From Chiloscyllium plagiosum (taxonomy: Eukaryota), in contig NC_057720.1 of the NCBI RefSeq assembly GCF_004010195.1, positions 208,348 through 272,347 on the forward strand: a stretch of 64,000 bases of DNA, in the 5' to 3' direction. Under the pieces are notes generated by a model, which was given only the letters and a program-made list of their open reading frames with translations, ran no database searches and was not told where the DNA came from. The position numbers were made by a program, and so were the translations under genes. How positions within the stretch are numbered: the first letter of the stretch is position 1; every line of letters begins with the position of its first letter. Of this stretch, positions 12,301 through 24,300 are shown one piece after another.

Positions 12301-15300
12301 CTCACACTTACTCTTTCTCTCTCAGTCTCTGTCTCTCAGTCACGCTCACTCTGTCTCTCATGGTCTTTCTCTCTCGTTCACAGCCTTTGTCTCTGTCTCC
12401 CTCTCTCTCACACACACACACACACTCTCTCTCTCTCTCTGTCTTGCTCACAGTTAACTACAGACAGATTCACAATCTCAGAAAGACTGTGGACTATTAA
12501 AAATGTCAAAGGGACATAGGAATGTAAGTCCTAGCCCCATTATGTGCTGGTCTGGGAATCAGGAGAACTGGGGCAGGGAAGAAGCTGAAGCACTGCACAA
12601 CCAATTGAATGTAGGGTAGTCAGTTTAAACAGTTTGTATTTAGACTGTCGAGTGATTTAACCTTCATCATGGGAGTCCCAGACTGATGGAGATAAATGCT
12701 GTTGAAATGTGGAGAAGGTCTGTTTATTTGCTGTTATCTAAAGCCTTTTTAAATATCCTGATCTTTAAAACATCAAGACAGACAGACTGGATCTGTTACA
12801 GAGAATTGATTAAACAGCTTCTGCTGGACTGCTTTAATTAACAGGCCATCCGGTGTTGGTTAGAAAAGGACAATAACATTTGTAGCTTCAATCGAGTACC
12901 TTTTTAACATTTCCCTGGGGGATATTAGATCATTATGAATGTTTTATTATGTTTCAAAAGCTGCAATTATCTCAACAGAAAGTTATGAGTTCACAGCTTA
13001 TTGACAAGTTAAAAAAGGCTACTAAAAGATTAGCTGTCTTTGGTGTGGGGCCTGAATGCACATTGTTTGTTTTTACAGCAGATTAACCAGGAGAGAAGAT
13101 TTAGAACCTATCAAGTGTATACTAATGAGAACTGTATTAGAATGTTAGCAGTATGTTTTGTTCAACTCCTTCACATCTCCAGTGTGTCTCTGGGGGATAA
13201 GAGATGAACGGTTATAGAAGTTCTCATAGGTAGGTAGGCCACATTTGGAGTACTGTGTGCAGTTCTGGTCGCCTCACTTTAGGAAAGATGTGGAAGCTTT
13301 GGAGAGGGTGCAGAGAAGATTTACCAGGATGTTGCCTGGAATGGAGAATAGGTCGTACGAGGATAGGTTGAGAGTGCTAGGCCTTTTCTCGTTGGAACGG
13401 CGAAGGATGAGGGGTGACTCGATAGAGGTTTATAAGATGATCAGAGGAATAGATAGAGTAGACAGTCAGAAACTTTTACCCCGGGTACAACAGAGTGTTA
13501 CAAGGGGACATAAATTTAAGGTGAAGGGTGGAAGGTATAGGGGGGATGTAAGGGGTAGGTTCTTTACCCAGAGAGTGGTGGGGGCATTGAATGCGCTGCC
13601 TGTGGGAGTGGTAGAGTCAGAATCATTGGTGACCTTTAAGCGGCATTTGGATAGGTACATGGATGGGTGCTTAAGCTAGGACAAATGTTCGGCACAACAT
13701 CGTGGGCCGAAGGGCCTGTTCTGTGCTGTATTGTTCTATGTTCTAAGGAGTTTGGGAATTGGTGGGGGTGAGGGTGAGATGACTTTAATGGGGACTAAGT
13801 TCCAGAGATCCCAGGTTAGGTTATAAGCAGCCAGCTGGACATTCCCTTACCCCGGGGCACACAGCATTTACCCGTAAACTCTAACCCCTATCACACCATT
13901 GCCTCTCCAAGGTGAACAGTCCCTCCATTAAATACTAACACCTGTGGCAGATTTTCAGAGTTGAACTGTCAGTCACGAGCATGACTTTGAAAAGAAAAGC
14001 AGTGAACAAACTGTTTCATTACTTACTACTGAACCCTTTGATCCCTTTGGACCAAGTGGACCCTACGATAAAACAAAGAGAATTCAGAAACTTCACCTCT
14101 GATGGTTCACCAGCTCAGAGCAACACATTCAATTCTTGGTCAATAACAAACTATACAACACATCGCATTTAGCAATGTGTCCCAATTCTGCAGAGAATGT
14201 ACCGGAAGCAATGATAAAACACCCTGATTCCCAATGCCAGAATTACTTCAAGTTCTCCAACAGAAAAAAGGCCATTTGGCCTACACTGGGGTTTCTGTCC
14301 CCACCCAGCTCCTCGTCATCTCAGCCTGACAGCAGACCCTTTGATTCCTTCCCCAGCTCATGTGTTTATCCAGCTTCCCCCTCAATGTGTCCACAATATT
14401 CCCTTCCGCACCCTCCCTGGGTTTCACATGTCCCCACCCCGCCCCTGCGGGAGTGAGTCCCACATTCCCCAGTCTCTGGGGGAAGATGTTATTCCTGAAT
14501 TTCCACTGGGATTTATTAGGGACTGTCTGATATTGATGACCGTGAGTTCTGCTCCCCCACAAGTGGAAACATCTTCTCTCTATTTAACCCTCTGTTGCTG
14601 TTCATTTCCCAATCAGCTCCCCCTCAGTGGGTCTTTTCTTGAGCAAAGCTCTACAGACTGCTCAATGGATCCTGGTCGTTAGAACTGCTCCTTCAAACTG
14701 AAAGAACTGCGGATGCTGTAAATCAGACACAGAAACACAAGCTGCTGGAAAAGCTCAGCAGGTCTGGCAGCATCTGTGGAGAGAAATCAGAATTAATGTT
14801 TCGAGTCCAGTGACCCTGCCTCAGAACTGAGGAAGTTCTAAGGAAGGTCAGTGGAAGCGAAACGTGAGCTTTGATTTCTGTTCACAGATGCTGCCAGACC
14901 TGCTGAGCTTTTCCAGCAACTTGTGTTTTTATTTCTGATTGTTTGCTTATCTTCAGTGCCATATTTCTCAATAGGGGACCATCAGTTCCACCAGGGTCTC
15001 TGGGACTGCTCTTCGATCCTCAATGCTCTCACTCAGTAGCTGAGTTTCTGCAGAATGGTTTCAGTTTGCTCTGTTTTTTACTTACAGGTAAACCAGGGGG
15101 TCCAGGGGGGCCGAGGGGTCCAGAGGATCCGGTAATGCCCTGTGGAGAGAGTAGCAGTAACTCTGAGCAACAGAAAAAAGCTTCACTTCAAAACTGCTTT
15201 CATTCTAAATTTCATAATATTAATTTTTGTTTCTAATTCTCTCTGATGTCTTTCTATAAATATCATCTCATATCCGGAGCCACCACTCCTCAACCACTGA

Positions 15301-18300
15301 GTGCCATCAGAGGGTCAGTACTGAGGGAGTGCCGCACTGTCAGAAGGACAGTGCTGAGGGAGTGCCGCACTGTCAGAGGATCAGTACTGAGGGAGTGCCG
15401 CACTGTCAGAGGGTCATTACTGAGGGAGTGCTGCACTGTCAGAGGATCAGTGCTGAGGGAGTCTATTCTTGACTCCTCTGCTTCTGATCGACTCTCGATT
15501 CAGTTACTCAGCAGAATGTCTTTTGAATGACCTTGCAGATCTCTCACACAATGGGCTTATTGTGGGATCTTGCTCTGCAGTTGTTACCTTCATTGACCAC
15601 ATTACAGCAGTGTTTCCTTGTCAGTGGAGTGTTTAGACACATGCTGGAGCGATGGATTGATATTATTTAAGAAGGCAGGAGTTTACTTCTGAAACCATAG
15701 TCAGGACAGTGTTTGTGTGGGAGATATTATGACCTCTCTGTGAAAGCACAGTTCATTGGGATTCACTTACACTGTCACCTTTCACCCCTGGAGCTCCCTG
15801 TGGCCCTGGGAGTCCCCGGTCTCCCTTTTCACCTTGTTCTCCTGGGGGTCCAATCAATCCAATCAAACCTGGATGACCCTGCAAACGAGGAGAAGTCATT
15901 TTAACAACAGCAACTGTTTAAACAGGAACCAATGGCAACGCAGAATATTTCACTCAAAACTGATCCAGTCAGCACTGCCCTTTGATGTGAAGGGCAGTGT
16001 TTGTCACTGGCCACCCGGGTGTTTTCCTATCTTCCTGGTGGTGGAATTTGAATAAAGATTCGTGCACTTTGTGTCTTCCACTGTGTCTCACACCTGCACA
16101 CACACACACCATGGGTGCTGGGGATAAAATAAGCACTACCGCACTTAGGCGGTAGTGTGGGGGTTAAAAAGGAAAAAAAAGAGAAAAAAAAATAAACAGG
16201 AGATTATGAAAAAAAACAGAAGATCTTACACACACAAAAAAAAAGAAGAAAAAAAAACTGATCCAGTCAGCACTGTCCCTTGATGTGAAGGGCAGTGTTT
16301 GTCACTGGCCACCCGGGTGTTTTCCTATCTTCCTGGTGGTAGAAATTGAATAAAGATTCGTGCACTTTGTGTCTTTCACTGTGTCTTACACCTGCACACA
16401 CACACACCATGGGTGCTGGGGATAAAATAAGCACTACCGCACTTAGGTGGTAGTGTAGGGGTTAAATTAAAAAAAGAAAAAAAAACCAAAAAAAAAATGA
16501 TCCAGTCAGCACTGCCCTTTGATGTGAAGGGCAGTGTTTGTCACTGACCACCCGGGTGTTTTCCTATCTTCCTGGTGGTGGAAATTGAATAAAGATTCGT
16601 GCACTAAACAAAAACTGATCCAGTTACCCTCCGGCTGGAGTAGCAGCTGTCATCAGGGAGCCGTTGCTCAGGAATCCGCACCTCCGTACTCGCGGGTTCG
16701 AGTGGCTGTCGGAGGGGAGGGCCGCGGCGGCGAGGGTGACCAGGGTCGGGGACGTGCTGGGTGCCGGGGGCCTGGGCTGGACGCTGCCACAGGACATAGC
16801 GAGCAGGGCAGTGGTAGACGTCCAGTACGTGGCCACCGCCATCCGACGCCTCAAAACGGCGGTGCTCGGACCCGACGTAGTACACCAGTTGGAGGACGCT
16901 CAGGTGTGCGGTGGGATCCCGACCGAGCTCACCCCAGCCCGGACGGAATTTCACATTGGCCCCAAGGTCCCGTACTTCCCGCGGGAGCCTGTGCCCCACA
17001 ACCTGAGCCGCCTCCGAAATTTTAACTTTGTTTCGTTTAGGGAGGTGAACAGGAGAGCCCTGTACAGACTGCTGCTGCACACCGTCCACCTCTTCTCCCT
17101 CATCCACCGTCCGGACACGCCTTGGCGTGCCCATTTGCCACCGGGCGGTGGGGATCCCCAGTGGAGGGCTCTCTACGCGGGAGTCCTCCCCCTTCCNNNN
17201 NNNNNNNNNNNNNNNNNNNNNNNNNNNNNNNNNNNNNNNNNNNNNNNNNNNNNNNNNNNNNNNNNNNNNNNNNNNNNNNNNNNNNNNNTGGGGATAAAAT
17301 AAGCACTACTGCACTTAGGTGGTAGTGTGGGGGTTAAAATAGAAAAGTAAAAAAAAGAAAAAAAAAAATATAACCAGGAGATTACACCCTGGAGTTGTTC
17401 AGGGAGAGGTGGGCGCCGCAGGGAGTGGAGTGCATCATTTCTCCCTCCAACTCTATTTTGATTTAGTCCCTACCCCCCTTCACTGTTTTGATCACACAGC
17501 ACTGCCCTTTGATGTGAAGGGCAGTGTCTGTCACTGGCCACCCGGGTGTTTTCCTATCTTCCTGGTGGTGGAAATTGAATAAAGATTCGTGCACTTTGTG
17601 TCTCTCGCTGTGTCTCACACCTGCACACACACACACACACACAAAAAAAAACAGGCATGTGGACTATTCACTCTGAGAGCCGAATCTTGAGGGAGCTGGA
17701 CCAGTGTGTGTGTGTGTGTGTGTGTGTGGAAAAAAGAAGAAAAAAAGACAGTGAGCCAGCGGTTCTGTCCACTCTGAGCTGGCTTTGAGGAAGCTGGATC
17801 AGTCTTTCCACGTGGGAAAAAAAACTGATCCAGTTTTAGCATCATCTGAAACAGAAGGTTTCACAGTCACAGGTGACAGCTGCAAATTAGCAGATTCCAA
17901 CTCACTCACCTTCTCACCCTTGTTACCTGGAACCCCCTTCAATCCGGGTAGACCAGGTGGACCCTACAGCGAGAGAGAGAAATAGGACATCAGAATCAGA
18001 AATTGAATTACATCATCAGACCATTCTGAGTAAAGGGAGCTTGACTCTATCTCTGTCTCTTCCCTGTCCCTGGAGTGTTTGAGGGAGAACAGTGTAGAGG
18101 ATGCTTTACTCTGTATCTAACTCTGTGCTGTCCCTGTACTGGGAGTGTCTTGTTGTGACTGGGTAAATCTGAAATTTTCCATTGTACAAACATTCAGGTC
18201 TCAAGTCCTCCTGATTAGGAGATAAAAGTGAAGCAGAGCGAGATGGAGTCTGTCTGAGCTCAAGCTTATGGAGGTAGAATTCTTCTCACTCTGGCGTCTT

Positions 18301-21300
18301 GAACCAGATTCCCTTTGCCTCAGGAAAGTAGGAGAAAGTGTGAACTGCAGATGCTGGAGATCAGAGCTGAAAATGTGTTGCTGGAAAAGCGCAGCAGATC
18401 AGGCAGCATCCAAGGAACAGGAGAATCGACGTTTCGGGCATAAGCCCTTCTTCAGGAATGGCCATCTGGGTTGTACAGTTTTGGAACTGGTCCTCCTGGG
18501 AGCAGATGCGGCGGAGACAAAGGAATTGGGAATATGGGATGGCGTTTTTACAGGGGGCAGGGTGGAAGGAGGTGTAGTCTAGGTAGCTGTGGGAGTCGGT
18601 CGGTTTATAGTAAATTTCCTGAAGAAGGGCTTATGCCCGAAACGGCGATTCTCCTGTTCCCTGGATGCTGCATGACCTGCTGCGCTTTTCCAGCAACACA
18701 TTTTCAGCTCAGAAAAGTAGGCTTTACCTTCAGCTGCGTGCCCCAATGTCTGGAGTTGCCTCTCTGACCCTCTCACTCTCATTTAAGATGTTCCTTAAAG
18801 CCGCCTCTTTGACCAGGCGTTTGGTCACATGTCCTGATACTTCACTCAAAGACCTGTGGTCAATTATTGATCTGACTTTGTAAGGCGCGTGGATATTCCT
18901 TTACAGATAATGTTGTTGTTTATTGTGGAACCTGCTCATTAGGTGAGTTATGTCATTCTGTAACCTTTCTCCAAGAGCTTTAATCAACATCATCAACATA
19001 AACCATTCACTTACCATTGGTCCTGGGGGCCCATCTTGACCTGGTGGCCCAGGGAGACCTTGTTCACCCTGTAAAGCAGATAAATGTCAGTTTTTGTCAA
19101 ATTATTCCCTGTCATTTCCACAGATGAGCAGAAGCCAATTAAACGTAAAGATCACTGTGATTACTTACAACAGGTCCAGGAATTCCCCGCAACCCCTCGG
19201 GGCCTGATTTTCCTGGAGGTCCCTGAGGGCCAACTGGGCCAGTCTTTCCGGGAGGCCCCTCTGCTCCTGGTTCACCCTGAGGCCAAACAAAAACAGTCAA
19301 TGTTCAGCATTGCAGCCCACTTTATTGTCAACACTTCACACCATTGAGAGGCTTCTATGGTCTAACAATTTAAGGGCAATGTATTTTTAACTCCATCACA
19401 CCTTGCTTTGTGCCTTGTAGATGGTGGACAGGCTTTGGGGAGTCAGAAGGTGAGTTACTCGCTGCAGTATTCCTAGCCACTGACCTGCTCTTGTAGCCAC
19501 TGTGTTTATGTGGTGAGTCCAGCTGAGTTTCTGGTCTCTGGTACATTACTTGTTTAGCTGTTACTCTTGAGTTTACATCACATTAGGTCACTGTACACTG
19601 TAGTTTCCAGTTATGACAACTAAGAGGCCTTAGAGAGGAATGGTCTGATTATTTTCCAAAGGATAGATTGTCCGTTTGGAGAGCCAGGAAAATATCATCT
19701 TCATGGAGTTGGTTCCATTGTAAAGAAAAGTAAAAGATTTAGCAGTGACCATCAGAAAATGTGAGAAATTTCAAACACCAACTATTCAAAAAGTCAGAGA
19801 ATTTGACAAGAACGCTTTGACACAGCTGGATCGTTCTATTGGTCATTGACTCTGTTATCAGTGGGGAGGATATAGAGGTGTTGGTGTTGGACTGGGATGG
19901 GCAAAATCAGAAGTCACACAACACCAGTTTCTAGTCTGACAGGTTTATTTGAAATCACAAACTTTCAGAGTGCTTTACCTGATGAAGGAGCAGCGTTTGT
20001 GATTGTAAATAAACTTGTTGGACTATAACCTGGTGTCGTGGGACTTCTGATTTTGCCCTCCAGTGGCGGACAGCCTTGGGAACCATCGATCCAAAGTGCC
20101 TTGTTCCTGCTGAATTCTCTGTAATCTCCACATGTCATTCTCCAATCAATTTTCATAGGACAGAAACAGGCCATTCAGTCTATCTGCTTAGTACTGGGGG
20201 TTTTACTCTCCCCCCTTGGCTGGTCCCAGCCCCCTTGTCACCTCACCCTGTCAGGAGACCCCTCCATTCCTGTCCCCCTCCTGTGTTTATCCAGCATCCC
20301 CTGTGGGAGTGAGCCTCACACTTGGCATTTAAATGGTCATTGGATAAACATCTGGATGAGGATGGAATAGTGTAGGTTAGATGGGCTTCAGATTGTTGCA
20401 TGGACCTGTGAAACCATCGAGGGCCGAAGGGCCTGTACTGTGCTGTAATGTTCAATGTTTTATTCCCCCTGTTCCCTTTTGGGAGTCAATCCCACATTCC
20501 CCCCACTCCCTGTGGGAAGAGGCTTCTCCTGAACTCCAGCTGAGATTTATTCGGGATTATTAGGGAATGTCTGATATCGATGGCCCTGAGTCTGGTCTCC
20601 TTCACATGAAGTGCGGATGGGGGTGTAATGTCTTCTCCCTGCCTACCCAGTGAACCCTCTCATCATTTTAAAGAGCTCCCACAGATCTCAGTTAGTTTTA
20701 TTCTTCTAATGATTTTTGGGAGCTGACTGGAAAAAGTAAATTTGCAGCTCCAGGGGTAGAGTGGGGGAGTGGCATCATCAAATTGCTCAAGTAACTGACT
20801 TAATTGATGGGCTGAGTGGCCTTTTCCTATCTCTGAATGACCATCTGACAGTACACCAGCCCCTGCCTGTCGAACCAGACTGGTTCCGTCATATTCAGTC
20901 TCCTTATTCTTTGTCAAAATTTGCAGCAACTGTGGATGATTCCTGCCCATTGCAAGGTTCTGTTTGAAACCATCACTGGCTTGGTGACCTGTGTCTAGTT
21001 TTTTAAGGGCAATGTCCTATCCAGCATCTTCTCCTTTAACGCACTGACCAGTTCAGAGTGAGGTCAGTATGGAGGGAGGGACGGAGCTTGTGACTGTTTC
21101 AATATGTAGGATTATAGCATCCATCCTCAGCACTGATTACATTAGATTAGATTACTTACAGTGTGGGAAACAGGCCCTTCGGCTCAACAAGTCCACACTG
21201 ACTCGCCGAAGCGCAACCCACCCAGACCCATTCCCCTACATTTACCGCTGCCCCTAACACTACGGGCAATTTAGCATGGCCAATTCACCTGACCTGCACA

Positions 21301-24300
21301 TCTTTGGACTGTGGGAGGAAACCGGAGCATCCGGAGGAAACCCACGCAGACACGGGGAGAATGTGCAAACTCCACACAGTCAGTCGCCTGAGGCGGGAAT
21401 TGAACCCGGGTCTCTGGGGCTGTGAGGCAGTAGTGCTAACCACTGTGCCGCCCACTAATACCAGACTGCAGTGTCATATGGGTTAGTGACCAATCAGCAG
21501 CTACTTTCAGAGGTCAGCACAGGTCACATGATCTGCTGTCAATGTCAGCATTCGAAATGAGCAGTAATGACAAATACAATCTTCTCCATTAGCCAGGGGT
21601 TCAATGTGACCTCTTCATATCAGAAATCTCCACTCATCGTGCCACAGAGACTACACATCATTCACCTCGAATCATTATAACGCAACGTTAAACTGTCGTC
21701 AACCTTGGAATGGCACCAGACCCCATCCTCTACCAATCATCACTTAGAGATAACCAGATCAATCCCATTAACTATTGACCATCACCATGAAATAACCAGA
21801 TTAATCCCATTAACCATCAACAGTCACCATGAGATAATCAGATCAATCCCATTAACTACTGACCATCACCATAAGATAACCACATCAATCCCATTAATCG
21901 ACCATCACCATGAAATAACCAGATCAGTCTCATTAACTACAGACCATCACCGAGAGATAATCAGATCAATCCCATTAACTACCAACCATCACCATAAGTT
22001 AATCAGATCAATCCCATTAACTACCAACTGTCACCATGAGATAATCATATCAATCCCATTAACTACCCGCTCTCACTGAGACATAACCAGATCATTCCCA
22101 TTAACTGACTGTCGGATGACCAGAAAATTCCTATTAACTATTGATATTCACTAGGTGATAACCAGATCAGACACATTCTCTCGAATCTGGGAGGCCCTAG
22201 CATTACAGATCCCAGCCTCCAGCCAATTCAGTACACTCCACGTGATATCAAGAAACGGTCGGAGATACTGGATGCTGGATAATGACAACATTCCAGCAAT
22301 AGTACTGAAGACTTGCGCTCCAGAACTTGACACTCCTCTAGCCAATCTGTTCCATTCCAATTACAACACAAACATCTACCCATCAATGTGGGAAATTTCA
22401 GGTATATGCTGTACACAAAAAAACAGGACAAATCTAACCTGGTTAATTACTGAATCAATCCATCTCCAAATGCAGCAAGAATTGGACAATATCCTGGTTT
22501 GGGCTAACAAGTAACAAGTAACAGGGCAAAAGGTGAGGACTGCAGATGCTGGAAACCAGAGTCTAGACCAGAGCGGTGCTGGAAAAACACAGCAGGTCAG
22601 GCAGCATCTGAGGAGCAGGAAAATCGATGTTTTGGGCAAAAGGACGTTCGGGCTTTTGCCTGAAACGTTGATTTTCTGGCTCCTTGGATGCTGCCTGATC
22701 TGCTGTGCTTTTTCAGCACCACTCTGAAGTAACAAGTGACATTCAGGACACACAGGTGCCAGGCAATGATCATCTCCAACAAGAGAGAATCTAACCACGG
22801 CTCCTTGACATTTAATGGTGTTACCATCACTGAATTCCCCCACTAATAACAATCTGGGGTGTTTCCATTGACCAGAAACTGACTTGTACTGGTCATATAA
22901 ATAATGTGGTTACAAAAGCAAGTCAGAGGCTAGGAATACTGCAGCACATTGCTCATCACCTGTAAAAAACATTTTTATTCCTTGAACTGTGGACGAAAAT
23001 ATGGAAACAGATACTGCTTTAAATCCATCTATGAAATTATTTCTGGTTTTAAAACAAGTCATAGTAACTGACTGTGAGTCACATTTACAATGTTGGCTGA
23101 CTTGAGCAGCAGGAGAGACAATACCAGACATGTTAGTATGCTCAGGTCAATTTTGCTCGGAGACAGTCTTCCATTTGTTTTATTCTACAAGATCTAATTG
23201 TGTCGGCTCAGGAGGGTTAAATATAACCTCTTGATTGGTTCCTAAGCAAGTGGCTTCAGCTTTGTGTCTGGACAATTCAACAGACCCTTCTAGATGAGAG
23301 AGAGAGAGAGAGACAGAGAGGGAGAGAGCGCATCAAATCTCTTTCTTTCCTTCCCAAATGGCAAGGAAACTCTGATGGGCAGCTGTCCTCACTCATCATT
23401 TCCTGAAAGGATAAAGGGGAAACCACCTGAGAGGCTCTGAAAAGGCAAATCCTCACCAGAGCATTGGTGTATCCACAATTTTATGTCATTACAAAAGACC
23501 TGAAAGTAATTGGAAGAAAACAACTCATTGATGACTGTGCCCCAGACACTGGTGACTGAGCTGGACTTCCGTAACTTCTTTTCTCACCTACAATAATTCA
23601 GTGTTTTCTCTTTGCGTTTTTTTTTGTGTATGTTCAGGAATTTAAAAAAGGAATTGAAGTGAAAAAGTTATAAGTTAGCAATTCATATTTCTTTCTTGCC
23701 ATTAGTAAAAGAACTTGCATTAAAACAAATGATGATGTTCATGTTTATGATTCAAAATCCATTGCACAATTCAGTGGTCTCATCAAAGTGTTCACATTAA
23801 TGATGACTCTGGAATTAGTGGGGTTTATTTTCCTGCACACTCTCTTGGAGAGTTATGACATCTCCTGACCACCCAAGCCTGCCCACCGTCAACAAGGCAC
23901 AAGTCAGGAGTGGGATGGAATACTTACCTGGATGGGAGTAGCCCCAACAACACTCAAGAACTTTGACACCATTCAGGACAAAGCAGCTGCCTGATTGGCA
24001 CCACATCCACAAATACCCACTCCCTCCCCCACCGATGCTCAGTAGCTGCCATGTGTACCATCCAGAAGATGCTGCAGAAATTTACAGAAATTTGACCCAA
24101 TGACACTGAAGGCATTGCGATATATTTCTAAGTGAGAATTGTGAGGGGCTTGGAGGGGGTGGTGTTCCCATGTATTGCTGCCCTTGTCCTTCCAGATGGA
24201 AATGGTTGTGGGTTTGGAAGGTGCTGTCTGAGGATCTTGTAGATGGTACACACTGCTGCTCCTGAGCGACGGTGTGGAGGGAGTGGCTGCTTGTGGATGT

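Noticed and set aside
16534..17134. Overlapping ORFs 16534..17025 (+), 16604..17134 (-) and 16624..16854 (-) as independent genes
   Set aside because: Shadow frames of the GC-rich Tx1 ORF2 fragment.
15956..17837. CRISPR-like repeat/spacer array
   Set aside because: Eukaryotic intron, no cas genes, and the 'spacers' are homologous retrotransposon 3' ends with A tails. The repeats are better explained as TSDs.
21380..21452. tRNA gene
   Set aside because: The A/B boxes belong to the V-SINE head; there is no complete cloverleaf.
21705..22079. His-rich repeat protein or CRISPR-like array
   Set aside because: The frame is open only because the 42-bp unit is a multiple of 3. There is no ATG start or splice support, and the variable parts are homologous rather than unique spacers.
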